The notes: generated from the letters alone by a model not told the origin. Positions 47,226-61,740 are shown, numbered from the whole stretch's first letter. The stretch: DNA of 63,460 nucleotides, filler included, from Reticulomyxa filosa (GCA_000512085.1; 25 parts of 25 records of this genome joined end to end with filler, not necessarily neighbours in it), one strand, 5' to 3'. Program-made: numbers and translations.

Positions 47226-48424
47226 TAAAGGCTTGTGCTTAGGTCCTTCTTTTTATCATTTTTTTTTTCTTCAAAAATTTGTAGTTTTAACATTGTTAGT
47301 GGAATTTCCTGCTTAACTCATAAAACCCTTTTTTTACGGCAAATTTCTTGTTTACCTTATTTTCTTGTTGTTTTATTTTTTTTTTTTAAACTAATTTTGT
47401 GTTTAAAAGATTGCTTAAAGACCAACTATTCATATTACGCTTGACATTTCAGTCTGGACAATCTAGTCAACTTTTTACAAATTTTTTTTTTAAATACTAA
47501 CTCTTTCTTGTTTTTTCTTTTATTTTTTTTAACTTACTTAAAAATTATTGTTACAAATTTATTTTAATTTTATATTTGTTTTTTTATGTTTAACTATTAT
47601 TTTATTTGTACATTATAAACAAACTTAAACATATTTGCTAAAAGTTTGCTTTTTTAATTTTTATAAATATTGTTTTTTTTATTGTTTTCAATACTTTTTA
47701 TACATTAAATACCATTTCATTTGTTAAATTTTTTTTTTTTTAACTAATTTATCGAATAACAATACATTTATAATACGTTCATCAAAAATCATATAATATA
47801 ATTTATTTACATTTATCTATATTGACAGAAATCTTGGCACCAAATGACACCTTATTAAAATGATTAATTTTCTAATTCAAATATCAACCTTTTTAACAAT
47901 TTTTTCTTTCATTTTTTTAACATTATTTTCTTTTTTTCTTTCATTTTTTGTCGATTATAGATTTGCTTATCATTTTCTACAACATTAAATTTTTTTTGGT
48001 TCAAATTAACAAAGTAAAATATGAATTGTCATAATTGTTTGACGTGTTCAAAATTTCGATCCACTGCATATGATAAAAAAAACTCGGAAAACACAAACTA
48101 ATCCCAAGAAACGTGATAATTATCCATCTGTTTTCTGGAGGAATCAAACAGATCACAGCGTCAATTGTACAGAAAATTCTCCAAAAAGTGTTCAAAAGCA
48201 AGGTACAAAGCGGCAAGGATGGAAAATTCTAGATGATTGTAATGTCCGACAAGTATTTTTAAAATTGAGCTGAAGATGGTAATACAAAAGTTTCTTAACA
48301 GATTAATATGACAGAAAAAAAAAANNNNNNNNNNNNNNNNNNNNNNNNNNNNNNNNNNNNNNNNNNNNTTAATTAATTAANNNNNNNNNNNNNNNNNNNN
48401 NNNNNNNNNNNNNNNNNNNNNNNN

Positions 48425-48679
48425 ATTACAAGCATGCAGTCGATGTCCGAAAACACCTGTCGAAAAGATTTGAGAACTTATTTGAAAAAGTTGTTGCTGC
48501 TGTTTGCGGTTGCAGAGCTGTCGTTTTTCATCAAGTGCGTAATCGTTTTCATACCGAGTCTGAGTGACGTAATTTGGTCAGTCGTCAATGTCGAATTTTG
48601 CGTCAATTGCACTACCATGTTACTGTCGTTTGCTTTCGCAAAACCTGTTTTCAATGTTCTTTGTTGGTGTGCAAACTAA
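48425..48679 (+). CDS. C-terminal two TM helices of a multi-pass (GPCR-like?) protein
   Basis: KKLLLLFAVAELSFFIKCVIVFI and VEFCVNCTTMLLSFAFA..LCWC. Confidence 0.35.
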   Translation: MTSMQSMSENTCRKDLRTYLKKLLLLFAVAELSFFIKCVIVFIPSLSDVIWSVVNVEFCVNCTTMLLSFAFAKPVFNVLCWCAN

Positions 48680-50231
48680 GTTGCTTTTTTTTTTTTTTTT
48701 TGTAAACTATTACTTTTCTGTTTGCGTTTGCCAAGGTGCAAAAAATAAAAAATAAAAAATTGGGAAACAAAAGAGAAGAAAAAGGGAGAGGGGAAAGCAG
48801 GGAAGGGAAATATGGACGTGGAAAGGAGAAGATGGAGAAGGAAAAAAAAGCATAAAAATGTTTTCATTCTATTGAATGAGAGTTTGTTCTTTTTTGTTGT
48901 TGATTTTCGTGGCTTGTTTTTTTTTTTTTTTTTGTATTGCTTCTTGGTTACGTGTTGGCCCTTAATTAGAGGGAGAGGGGAGGGAACAAATTTTTTTCCT
49001 GTTGCTTTATTATTGTGTTTATATACGTCCTTGTCACTTTTTATTGTTTGTATGACTAATCGAAACTTTTGCAAAATTTTTCACCTTTTTTGTTTTTTTT
49101 TGCTGTTTTTATGAAATGTGTTTTGACTTTTTTTCACTTTTTTTAGCAATGCAAGGTTCGCTTCCTAATACTCCAAAAGTTTTTGATCGAAACAACGGGT
49201 GCCACAATCACCAAAAAAGAGGGAAGGATGATAAAGATATACAATTTAAAAAAAAAAGTTGTCGTACAAACCAAAAATTTTCCATAGTATTTATAACATA
49301 ACCTTCGAAGAAATTATAAAAAAAAGAGATGATGTTACTGGGAAAGGAAGAATGGATATCCCTCTCTTGTAAGAGTGTTTCTTTCAAAAACATTGCCAAA
49401 ACTTTCATTTTTTTTTCTATTGCAAATACTTTAAAAAATTGAGAGCTGCCCAAAAACAAACAAACTAGGCTTTGACAGTAAAAAAATTGCTTTTCTTAAA
49501 ATGTATTGAAAAAAAGTATTTATTTTTTTTTAAGCAAAAAATTTTTTTATACGTAGTTATGAATATTTGTAGTTTTTTTTCTGTAGTTTTTGTCTGGTTT
49601 TTTTGTGAAACTACTCTCCACAGTTTTTTTTAGAATTTCTAAACTCTGGTGATTGTACAAGATCTCAGGGAGAAATTAAGGAAACAAAAAATGGATTGTC
49701 TGAGAAAGTTCAAAGAATTGTAACACAAAAGTTAAGTTAAAGAAAAAGAAACACGGTAAAAAGTTTCGTAAAGTACAAGTTTGAAACAAGCGACAGTCCT
49801 ACATACCCGACATATAGTACAGCATAGTGTGTTGCACTCGTTGGCGCTACTTCTACGTTCACGAGTTTCTTTCATATAAGATCTCCCGTTTGTTGTTGTG
49901 TAGCATATATTAAATGGCCCTTGAGACATTTGACAACATTTCTTGTGAACAAAAGGCCATGACGCCATGACATGCTGAAAGTTTTTTATTTTTAATGAAT
50001 TTTTTTAAAAACAACAAAATTTTGCAATTGAAACGAACAAAAATTTGTTGAAAAAACGGCGCAAATATATTTCNNNNNNNNNNNNNNNNNNNNNNNNNNN
50101 NNNNNNNNNNNNNNNNNTTAATTAATTAANNNNNNNNNNNNNNNNNNNNNNNNNNNNNNNNNNNNNNNNNNNNTAATTTATTTTTTTAAAAAAAAAAAAA
50201 AAAAATTACTTTGCTGTATACGTAAAATGTA

Positions 50232-50786
50232 AGCCCGAGAATATACTGTTCGAAACGAAAGATCCACACTCGCCGATAAAGATAACCGACTTTGGACTGG
50301 CCAAGTCGTACGGCGTATTGAGCGAGGGGACTACGCATTATTTGGAAACCACTTGTGGCACCCCTGGGTACGTAGCGCCGGAAATTTTGAAACAAAAAAA
50401 CTATCGCGAACCCGTCGATATGTGGAGCTTAGGCGTGATTGTGTACATTTTGCTTTGCGGATTTCCTCCCTTTGGCGGCACGCAGAATATCAAGGCGATG
50501 TATCGCAAGATCAAAAAAGGCGAGTTCTCTTTCCCTTCGCCGGCTTGGGACGGCATCTCGTTGTTGGCCAAAGACTGCATTCGCTCTCTGCTCACCGTCG
50601 ATCCAAAACGTCGTCTGCGTGCTGACGAGCTTTGTGAACATCCATGGATCAAGTCTCATCATTTGCAGTCGCCTTTGAATATTGCCGATCAGAAATACTC
50701 TCGCAATTTACAATTGTATACTTATCGCAAACGTCTTCGAGTTTTGCACACTAAACATATACATACCGTATACGTATGCATATAAA

Positions 50787-50828
<42 letters not shown>

Positions 50829-51115
50829 GTGTATATGTACATACTTTATTGCCCTTGTCTTTGAAACAGAGAGGAGTCGAGCTAATTATCACGTTGAATC
50901 GGATGATTCGAGCCGCTGGTCTAGAAGAGGTCGCAAAAAGACAACGGGAACAATTTCGCAAACGATTGCTACCCTACAAACAAAAATTAAAGTCCGAACA
51001 GAAACTCTTGAAAGCTGCTTTAGAAAATAATGACTACGATACTGCAAACACTTTGAAACATGTTGAGTTCTACCCTTATGATGACACTCCTCCCATCGAT
51101 TATCGTAAAGTTTGA
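50232..51115 (+). CDS. CAMK-group Ser/Thr protein kinase, C-terminal part
   Basis: KPENILF..IKITDFGLAK..CGTPGYVAPE..DMWSLGVIVYILLCGFPPF..HPWI; intron at about 50720-50870. Confidence 0.93.
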
Positions 51116-51407
51116 GTGTGCTTTCTTTTCTTTTCTTTTTTTTGTTGCTCTTCGTCCCTCTTCTGTCTCCAACCTTACATCTTCGCTCATTTGTTTCACT
51201 GTAACATAAATGTACTGAATGTTCGGTTGCATCTTTTCACCCAATTTTTTTTTTTTTTTTTTTTTCTCATATGTTTTTTCTTACTTAGTCCCTTTACTGT
51301 CTCTATTNNNNNNNNNNNNNNNNNNNNNNNNNNNNNNNNNNNNNNNNNNNNTTAATTAATTAANNNNNNNNNNNNNNNNNNNNNNNNNNNNNNNNNNNNN
51401 NNNNNNN

Positions 51408-52468
51408 GTGTGTGCTTGTGTGGGATAGACCCTCCATTTGAACATGCCACCACGACAGATCGGTGGTATTGCAAGATCGTCAATATGCAATACAAACAGT
51501 TTTGGACTGCACATAAGGGCTGTGGAATTGGCAAAAGTGCAATGGATTTGATAACCCGAATGCTCCATTTCGAGCCGGAAAAGCGAATCACTATTTCGCA
51601 AATTAAAAGTCACCCGTGGTACAAAGGGGAAGTCTTGGAGTTTTGATATCTTCTTTTTTTTTTTTTTTTTTCTTTTTGTATTGACAACTCTTTGCAATTA
51701 CATACAAAACCAGTTATATATACATTATATATGTGTATACGTATACATACATATGCATGTAGACAAGAACGTTTAGTAAAAGTATTACGACTGCGTCACA
51801 TGCAAATGCAGCTGAAGCGCTCGCGCGATCCGATCAAGATACAACTGTTACAAACGAGCGAACGCAAGAGTCGTGTGTTGGAGCAAAGCACGCCATTGTG
51901 GGCCTATTTGCAAGAGACGAATAAAGACATAAGCGAGCCCGCGCCCTCTCTACCATCAGAGGAGTCCATCGGCGTGTTGGACAGTTTTACCGAAGTCTAC
52001 GGCTTTGAAGTCCTCAATTATTTTTCTATTTTGGTCATTGAAAACGAAGGCAACTTATTTCCTGATTTTGCAAATTTTTCTGTTTTGTGTGTGTTTTTTT
52101 TTTTTGAAATGTACATAACAAGTACCTTTTTTTTTTTTGTTTAATGGGGGGGGGGGGGTTAGATTAAAGCTCGGATGGCAATTCAAAGTATGATGTATGA
52201 AAGCGCGGAGTGTGCAGTAGTGGAAATAGTGATCCGCGTATATTGGTCCAAGCAATATGCATGCAATGTCGTAAAGTATCATCGCATGAGTGGAAACATC
52301 TTACATTTTCGAAGTGTGTTGCAATTCTTGCAAAAGAATTCCTCCGCTGTGCTCACGGGGCTACCTGAAACACAAGGCAAGATCAGTCGCAATGAACAAG
52401 ACTTGCAGTTGCTGCAAAAGTATTTCCCAGAACCTCTCCAGTCTAGTGCGGACTTTGTCGTTATCTAA
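51408..52468 (+). CDS. Protein kinase C-terminal part with KA1-like tail, multi-exon
   Basis: LCGIDPPFEHA..DLITRMLHFEPEKRITISQIKSHPWY; last exon VVKYHRMSGNILHFRSV. Confidence 0.75.
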
Positions 52469-52586
52469 TCGAATATCACTCTCTATNNNNNNNNNNNNNN
52501 NNNNNNNNNNNNNNNNNNNNNNNNNNNNNNTTAATTAATTAANNNNNNNNNNNNNNNNNNNNNNNNNNNNNNNNNNNNNNNNNNNN

Positions 52587-54200
52587 TCTTTGGAAAGAGT
52601 GTTTATCACAACAAAAAATTGTTTTGCAGATAACCATCGTTTCATGTCCCACTCTTTCCAAAGTGTGCATACAAATAGTGCTTGATATACCTACATTCAT
52701 ACGTATTCTTTTTGTCTTTTTTTTTTTACATTACAGAAAATATAAAAACAAAATATATATACATATATATATGTATATATATATACATATACATATAAAT
52801 ATATGCATATATCGTACTTGTTCGTGAGTCGCATCGAGTTGGTCCAACTTTGAAGTGATATCAGTCGATGCATCACTGATGTCAAATTCGGAAAGAATAA
52901 GTTGCTCTTTTAAATCTTTGACAATAGTCATAGCAAAGCAAAAAGATGACTCGTCCTTGACTTCGCGAATCAAATGTCTGAAAATCTCCACATTTTCGTT
53001 GCTGGACATCGTGTGTTCAAATGCTGCCACACTTTTTCGCAACGACTGTTCTTCTACAATAATGACCTGAGCAGAAGCAGAAATGGTGGCAGTTGTAACC
53101 TCTCCTTCTTGATCGAATATACTGCACGATAATTGAAAGTTTGGAGCCACTTGAAAGTCACTCCAATATAACCAAGGAATGTCCTCTTTTACAAGTTTCA
53201 ATGGATATCGTCTATCAGCTGTTGTCATGCATTCGAATTCGAAATAAGCAAGAAGAATATACCAATCGCAAACAAAATAGAAAAAAAAAAAGAAGGGACA
53301 TACCACCACGTATATTACGGAAAAAGACATCCCGAACACGATCAGTTTTGAGCTCGGTACATCCTGGACAGTATAAATAGATTCGTAGTCTTCGTTGATT
53401 TGTTGCTTGTTTTGAAATGATCCAATGCATGTCATCTGAAGTTTGTTGTTCAACTAATATTGGAAGGACTTCTATTTGTTCCAATTCTTTTTGCAAGTTA
53501 GTCAAATCTTCTTCTTCTTTTATGTTATGATACTTTTCAATAAATCCCCTTAACAACACGATTGCATGCGATATGTTAGTGCTGTCTGAATCAGTCATGG
53601 ATGGTGATCCGCTACAATGATTAAGATTTCGATTTACCCGTTCTATCAATTCCTTCGGGATACTGCATACTTCAGTTATGCATTCTTTTGCCACGTATTT
53701 CATTGCTTCCAATGTTATTTGAATTTTTAACCATTGCAATTTGCTGTTATTCTCATCTTGATGAGAAGGATCGTGTAAATCTTTATAACAATTGATGAGA
53801 TCGTCTGATACACCTATATCTTCGAACTCGTTCCGATCGACCTTTTCTGAAACATACACAAATAACTTTGAGACTCCACTTTTTTAGAGAAAATATATTA
53901 CGCACATGTATGTGCATATATTGATTGAATAGTACCTTCCAAAGGACGTTCCAACCAATTCAAAATTTGAAAAGCCTTTTCTTGTTTGTTTTTCACTGTT
54001 GCAGTTGCTTTAATATCCCCTATCCTTCGTCTAATACTAAGTGCAAAACAACAGCATTTTTGTTTTTGTATTTGCTATTGTGCAAAAAGAAAAAGAACTA
54101 AACAAAGAAGCTCGTTGAAGGATTTTGATACCAACAGCAGTCCATGTGCCATAGTAATATTTACAACGGAACTCCAGTTTATCTCCAATCCTCCATTTTT
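52587..54200 (-). CDS. Hypothetical multi-exon protein, 5' part
   Basis: ORFs 53215-53859 and 52731-53453 with intron-like gaps. Confidence 0.5.
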
Positions 54201-54661
54201 CTTTCCTTTGACTATCATTCACGAGCTTCACTTTTGTTTCTTGTTGCTTTCACAAACAAAGGTATTCACAATATTTAATATTATAAAAATGTGTTACGAT
54301 GATAATATATGGATGTCGTATGTAATAGTACCGATTTTATGCAATGCACTTGAACAANNNNNNNNNNNNNNNNNNNNNNNNNNNNNNNNNNNNNNNNNNN
54401 NTTAATTAATTAANNNNNNNNNNNNNNNNNNNNNNNNNNNNNNNNNNNNNNNNNNNNCCAAAAAAAGTAAACGTAAAAATAAAAAAAACAAAAGAAAACA
54501 AAAGAAAAACAAAAAGAATAAAAATGCTGATATTTCAATTCCACATCAAACTCAAGACCTCTCAATTGATTGGCGTAAGCCTGATATAGTTGTTCTTCCA
54601 AATGTTGGTGATGCTTTCAAAACAACAGTAATGTATTGCAAATAATTGCCTGCAGTCAGCA

Positions 54662-54849
54662 GAGGAGACATATGAAGTCGAAAAGATATTGGTGATAGAA
54701 CTATATATCGACATGAAGCCATGGAAAGACAGTACCTAATTCGCTGGGTTTGATATAATCCAATACACGATTTGTGGGAGCCAGAATCGAATCTTCAGTG
54801 TGACGAATTATTGCAAAGTTGCAAGCAACAGAAAAACATTAATACATAA
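54662..54849 (+). pseudogene. Chromodomain remnant
   Basis: ETYEVEKIL / frameshift / RQYLIRWV*YNPIHDLWEPESNLQCDELL. Confidence 0.8.
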
Positions 54850-55239
54850 TTCGATTCCATACTTGTAAAAAAAATATTTTAAAACAGCATACAATCGTTT
54901 TTGTGTATTGATAAAATCATATCTGGAATTCTCTTAAAAAGAACACAAAAAAATAATTCCTTGCTTTATTAACTTCGTATTGATTTTATAAACAGAATAT
55001 TGTAAAAATTATTGATTAAAGGTCTCTTCCTTTTAATCTACAATATATCTTTCGTCTTATTTTGGACAAAGTTAAAAACGTTAATGAATTTGCGTTCCTA
55101 TTTCGCAACCGACGCTAACGCGTGCCCTTTTGAAGCACTTGATAGAGTTGAACTAATCTAGTGTTGTTTTTTTTTCACCCGTGTACACAAATGAAACTAG
55201 ATGAACAAAATCGATCTATTTACATATTTTCGACTTTCT

Positions 55240-55850
55240 TTTAGATTTCAAATAAAAATTTAGAAATTTTTTTACAAGAAATTTAATTTGATTAAAAAAT
55301 ATCAGATGAACTGGAGAACTGGCATTGAACTTATCATCAAAAAAATGCACAAACAAACAAAAAGAAATTTTTTAATCAAAAAACTTAAGGCAAGTGTCAA
55401 ACATTTGCGATCAAACATGCCAACAACTTGGGGTTGTTCAAATTTCACTTTACATTTATTTGCTGGCACCACAACACAACAGCTACTTTCCAACTGCTCG
55501 ACAACAGGTATTTGATTCTTTGGAGGCCTATGTTATGTATGTGTTGATTATACATGTTTCAATAATTTTCCAATTATATTATAAGAAAGTATTAACTTGG
55601 AATATAGGTTGCGCATATAGTTATAGTTCAACAATTTCAAATTGCTCGAGTTTTTTTCGATATATCGTGCGCCACATCACATAATATGGACATTTTTTTT
55701 CAAACTATACTCAATTCAAAGCGCAGTAAAATGACCAACATTAAATGCACATGTCATTAAAATCGATTTTGTTCAATGATGAACATGTATATTTAATTGA
55801 AAAAATGACATGCACACGTGTGGCTTAGCGATTTGATATATTGGATTTCT
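55240..55850 (+). repeat. Dispersed degenerate gene-derived repeat, copy 1 (copy 2 at about 61190-61740)
   Basis: Shared collinear blocks TGCGATCAAA.ATGCCA, TTCTTTGGAG.CCTAT, TAACTTGGAATATA..TGCGCAT. Confidence 0.7.
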
Positions 55851-57953
55851 ATAGGCAACAATCGCTACTTGCTAATACTATTATTATCGCTGTCACTGTT
55901 TCCATTATTGCTGGGGACTCGCTGCACACCAATGGCAATGTAAACAGCGACAACTTTTCAATTTTCATTTGTACATTTTTAAATATATATTAAAAAATTT
56001 AAAGCAGCACATATCACATAAATAATTAATATACGTGTAAAGATGTTATGTTGGATATGTATAAAAAAAAAAATACTTTTTCAAGCAATAGGTCCAATCA
56101 CAATTGCAAAACGCAGATGAAAGGAAAGATGAACAGTCGCAATAACAGCAAATCATTGCAACGTGCTAAATTGAGTTTTTGCTGTTCGAGTGCGCACTTC
56201 GATTTCGATGATGATACTGTTAATCAAAGTTGAGTTTGCTTTTCATTTTCATTTGTCTTTTCCTCCATGGACTAACAATTGATCTTTGACGAAATCGATA
56301 CTGAAGATGCGATGTCCAAACTGACGATATCGAGTTCGACGATCGTGGATATACTCTTTGTGACTATCGTCGGCCAGTGTGGTTTTAGTATGCAATCCAA
56401 CATAAGCCGATTTTCACATTTTGAGCATCGGAAAAGCCGACCTTGTTTGATGAATTTGCTCTAATGACGATAGCGTGGGTTCAATGGATACAGGGGAGGA
56501 GGGCATGACGGAAAAGTCAATGCAGTGGAAGTGTGACAGTGACGATGACAGGATCGACACAAGAAACAAAAAATCAACATTGGCGACCGTGTTGAATTGG
56601 ATTGGGCTCGTACATGTATTATGAAATGGGTTGTCTTGGCTGCCTTTAGTCGAGTCGAAAAATGGGAACCGAACTCGATAATTGATGGACCAATGGCTAT
56701 GATTGAAGGAATATTCCAAGTTCATAACAACAACAAAAGGTTATACTTACCTTGATTTTCAGTTTGTGTGTGTTTTAATACCCTCATCCAACTCGCAGCT
56801 TGAATTGTGAAAAATAACGCGATGGAAACTCGGCCAGTGAATGGAAGCAATGGCAAAATATCTTTGGACGAAAAAGCGATTAAAAATAAAAAACAAACTC
56901 AATCGCCGACAGCCACGTTAACGAAATTCACCACCATGCTTTTTTGCGCGTCTATGTTTCGCTTTGTCGTCTTCGTTCAAATTATGTATTTATTCTTGTC
57001 TTGTTTTGATTGCGCTTTATTGCATTCTAGTGCGCTTTCGGATATACTTCGTTGTAGAATCTGTGATCAATGGTATGATTTATTTATTTGTTTTTGGAAA
57101 AAATAAAATAAGTACTTGGATATTGTTGGATGTTGTTTTTGTTAGAAAGCAAACTGACAGGAGCACGAAAACGAGGTAACACCACGCCCAAGAGCAATAA
57201 CCAAAAATCAAATTCAAGATTGGAGGCTGCGTGCAGTTATCTCGACGGAAAGCATGAGTGGTAAGTGCATTGGAGAAACCTTTTATCACGAAAGGAGAAC
57301 TATTGGTTTGGAGTTGGACATAATGTCAAAGTGCATGAGAATCCATGGATATGAAGACCTTCCAATTAAAACCATCCAAACCCAACGATTACATAATTTT
57401 CTCAAATGGAGGAGCAATATGTTTCATCAAATGAATTGGTTATCCTCCTTTTGCTAAGTGAAGTTATTGTAATTGGATTAGGTTTTTTTTTAGAAACAAT
57501 TTTTCTAATATGTAATAATATGTGTCCTTTTTTTATAGACGTATACACTCATGGTGCTCATGATTCCGTATACAATAAATAACGATACTTTCAGGTGTTT
57601 TTTTTCCATTGAACCAATTGACAATGACTTGATTTGAATGTAACATATAGTGTCCCAAGGAAGTGTTATTTTCGCCAACAAGCTCAATTGCAAGATTCAA
57701 TTGATCCATGAAGTGGAAACCAAGCAACAGACGACGCGACAGCGACAGCGAAAGTGAAGAAAAAAAATACGGCACTGGATAACGATTCTGGATTAACAAG
57801 GAAAAAAAGGGGGTTAATCTGACTATTTTTTTTTTTAAACATTGTGCAATGATNNNNNNNNNNNNNNNNNNNNNNNNNNNNNNNNNNNNNNNNNNNNTTA
57901 ATTAATTAANNNNNNNNNNNNNNNNNNNNNNNNNNNNNNNNNNNNNNNNNNNN

Positions 57954-59514
57954 CTTCGGAAATGCTGTTGGCGATGTCGGAGAAGGTTGCGGTGCCCTTG
58001 TCGGCAGCCACCACCAGGTACGGATCGTCCGGGTCCAGGCGACGCACGTCGGCCGGCGGTACGATCTGGCCGTTCACCAGGTTGTCGGTCACGTCCAGCA
58101 GCGCGGAAATGAAGGTCTTGTAGCTGGCGATACCTTCGGCCATGAAGGCTTCACGGTCGCTCGGCGCCGGCAGTTGCTTGCCGACGAAACCACCCTTGGA
58201 GCCCATCGGCACGATCACCGAGTTTTTCACCATCTGGGCTTTTACCAGACCCAGCACTTCGGTACGGAAGTCTTCCATGCGGTCGGACCAGCGCAGGCCG
58301 CCGCGGGCCACTTTGGAGCCGCGCAGGTGCACGCCTTCCACACGCGGGCTGTACACCCAGATCTCGAACATCGGACGCGGTTGCGGCAGGAAGGAGATCA
58401 GGTTGGATTCCAGCTTGAACGACGCGTACGACTTGAACTCGCCGCTGCTGTCTTTCTGCCAGAAGTTGGTACGGCGGGTCGCCAGAATCACCTGCAGGAA
58501 GCCGTTCAGGATGCGGTCTTCGTCCAGGTTGGCCACGCCGTCCAGCAGGTCTTTCAGCTCTTCCTGCAAGGCTGCGGCACGCGCGTCGTCAAACGCGGTG
58601 GGGTGCAGGCGGGCAGCAAACAGCTGTACCAGGCGACGGGTGATTTCCGGGTAATGCGCTACGCAGTTTTCGATATAGCTCTGGCTGAAGGTCAGGCCAC
58701 CCTGACGCAGGTACTTGGCCAGTGCGCGCACCAGCGTGATTTCACGCCAGTCGAGGCCAGCCACTACCGCCAGGCGGTTGAAGCCGTCGTTCTCGACGTG
58801 CTTGGCAAACACGCGCGACAGCAACACCTGGAAGTTTTTCTGGATGGCTTCGTCCTGCATCGATTCGGCAGCACCGCCCAGCTCCAGGCCGAAGTCGCTG
58901 ATCCACACCGTGGTGTCGTTCAGTTCGATACGGTACGGATGCTCGTCGCGCACCTGCACGCCCATGTTTTCCAGGATCGGCAGGCTGGCAGACAGGCCCA
59001 GCGGCTCGCCGCCACGGAACAGCTTCAGGTTGTAGCCCTGGCCGCGGTGGAACGCGCGGTACAGCTTCATGCTGATGCCCTGGCCAGCAGCAGCTTCTTC
59101 GATCAGCTGGATGTCCAGCACGGCATTGCGGGCGGCAAATTCTTCGCGGTAAGCCACCGGGAACGCGCCACGGTAACGGTTGAACAGCAGGTTGCCCTTC
59201 TCTTCGCCGTGGGTTTCGATCAGCTGGTGATGCAGCTCTTCCTGCCAGCCGCGCACCACGCGGGCGATGTCGGCTTCCAGCTCGTGGGTACGGTACTGCG
59301 GCAGGTGGCCGCCCTGGGTGCGGATGATGTAGTGCACGCGCGCCAGGGTGCTGTCGCTGATCTGCACGCTGAACTCGGCCGATACGCCGTTGAAGGCATT
59401 CATCAGCACGCGCTCGATCTTGAGGCGGATTTCGGTGTTGAAGCTGTCACGCGGTACGAATACCAGGCAGCTCACATAGCGGTGGTAGCGGTCGTTGCGG
59501 GTGAACAGGCGCAC
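57954..59514 (-). CDS. gdhB: Bacterial large NAD-specific glutamate dehydrogenase, internal fragment
   Basis: EGVHLRGSKVARGGLRWSDRMEDFRTEVLGLVKAQMVKNSVIVPMGSKGGF..DPYLVVAADKGTATFSDIAN; GC-rich, intronless. Confidence 0.95.
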
Positions 59515-59614
59515 NNNNNNNNNNNNNNNNNNNNNNNNNNNNNNNNNNNNNNNNNNNNTTAATTAATTAANNNNNNNNNNNNNNNNNNNNNNNNNNNNNN
59601 NNNNNNNNNNNNNN

Positions 59615-60020
59615 ATGAAAAGTCGACACATCGAATCACTCCAAAATGTCCTTTGAAAGTTTGCAAGATGCTGCATGTTTCAATAGCCCACAAATTTAAT
59701 AGTTACATCTGCCGACACAGGACACAAACTTTGACCAATTGACACGATGTAAAATGAGGGCTCAACTGATTGTATCCAAATTCTTGGACTCACACCTTGC
59801 TCAAGTAACTCATTCATGTCCCTTATTCTCCCTTTGAAATCACATATAACCAGCTTGGAGGTTTGCTCTTCTTCATGTTTCCCACAACTTTGCGAATCTT
59901 GTTGGAAATTTTGTGGACAGACCACTTTCGATTCATTAAGTAGACATTGCAATAATTGATTTTTAGAGTCACTTTTGTCCCGCTTTCTTCTTTGCTCTTT
60001 TCATTCTCGGCTTGGCTCAT
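59615..60020 (-). pseudogene. Decayed TRAF-like Zn-finger gene family member
   Basis: VVCPQNFQQ..VICDFKGRIRDMNELLE fragments in shifting frames. Confidence 0.45.
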
Positions 60021-61189
60021 GTTGCTATTTTTCTGCTTTATACTATTTCTTTTTGTTTATTGCAATATAAAGTTTTCATTTGAATTCCCCTTTGATTGTG
60101 TTCCACCTGTTTTTTTTTTACAAACAAGCCGAACAATCGAATCATAAGTCCGTAATTTATTGATTGGAAAATTTTTAACAATATTTATGAAATATGTTTA
60201 CATACAAAAATTTGTCTTTTGAAACAATTTTTGAAAAATAAAAACAGATTAAATTTACAAGTATTGCCACTCTAAAATAATTATTGTAACGCTTTTCTTA
60301 AGAAAAAAAATTGTTTAATGATGAATCCAACAAAGAATTACGTTTGAGCTGAACAACATAGAGCAAAAGAATTTCAAAACTGATAAAAAAAAATTGGTTT
60401 TACGAGATCAATGTGTTATCCATGCATTTTTATCTTTCTCAGTAAATGGCAATCCATTGACAGCAGTATGTTTTTGTATTTATAATTGCGAAAGAGAAGC
60501 TATCACAAGATATTTTCAAACTTGCAATTGCACATGTTAATTGATGGTTGCAGCAATGTTGTTTCATAAATTCGTTTATCTTTTGTGTATATAGTTCTTC
60601 ATTGTTATTTTCCTTTCCTTTTTCCATTTTTTGGACGGTGACAAACTAAAGTCGTTTCATCAATACTCCCTCGAGTTCTTGATACCACACTAATAAGATT
60701 AAAATCAAGAGAATGACTCCACACCGTGCTAACTCTCATAGTTGGACACGATTTTTTGATCAAAGATTACCAATGTGCAGTGGAAAGTTGTTGATGAACA
60801 AGACACTGTCAACAACAAATTGTGAAGATATTTCGGGTATTGAAAATGCAACAGGAAAAGGATAACATCAACAAGCACAGCAAATTCGAGTTTGATTTTC
60901 GAGTGAAGCATTCGGCAAAAACGTTGCTACCGTGGATGAAAGGGAGAAAGATATTTTGAACAATTTCGGTACAATCTCGTTTTTTCCAAAGAAAAATGGA
61001 AATATTGTTCTGGAGATAATACTATAGCTTTTTTTTAGAAAAAATTATAAATATTTTTAAAACAGGCAAACATAATGAACACTATTGTTATGCATGTCCT
61101 TCTTTTTATTTACTTCTACATGATTCGAAATCTTTTTTGCCAATATTAGTAAGAATCAATCCCGATTTCGCACAGTCTAACGCACTTTC

Positions 61190-61740
61190 TTTCAGATTTA
61201 AAATATTAAAGTTCAGAAATTTTTGAGAGAATCAAGTGAGATGGAGGTGGGACATTAAAACTATCACTAAAAGAAAAAACAAAAGAAAGTGTAATTCACA
61301 CAAAAAAAAAGACAATTTTTTCCAATCAAACAAATTTGAGAAAAGTATTAAATGCGATCAAATATGCCACAAGTTCGGTGTTGTTTGCGCTTCGTTTCAC
61401 CCTCACTTGACACCGCAACCACTACAGAAGCTTTTCAATTTCTTTGGAGACCTATATTATATACATGTGTATTGTCATACATATTTCAATCACATTACAA
61501 AAAAACATTATAACTTGGAATATAAGCTGCGCATTCATGATAAAAACCAGCTCACTACTTTCAACCCGTCATGAGCATATAATAACGATATGGGCGTCCA
61601 ATTTTTTTTTAAAACATAAAAACGTAATCCGTATTTCACACACGCTATCATTAATCGATATTTGTTCAACAATGAACAAATACACTTATTGGAGAAATGA
61701 TAAATGCGTGCGTTGTAGTGATTTGACGAGATATTAGCTT
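61190..61740 (+). repeat. Dispersed degenerate gene-derived repeat, copy 2
   Basis: Matches 55240-55850. Confidence 0.7.

Noticed and set aside
58174-59562. 462-aa plus-strand ORF overlapping gdhB
   Set aside because: Antisense shadow ORF typical of GC-rich coding DNA; the minus strand carries all the conserved motifs.
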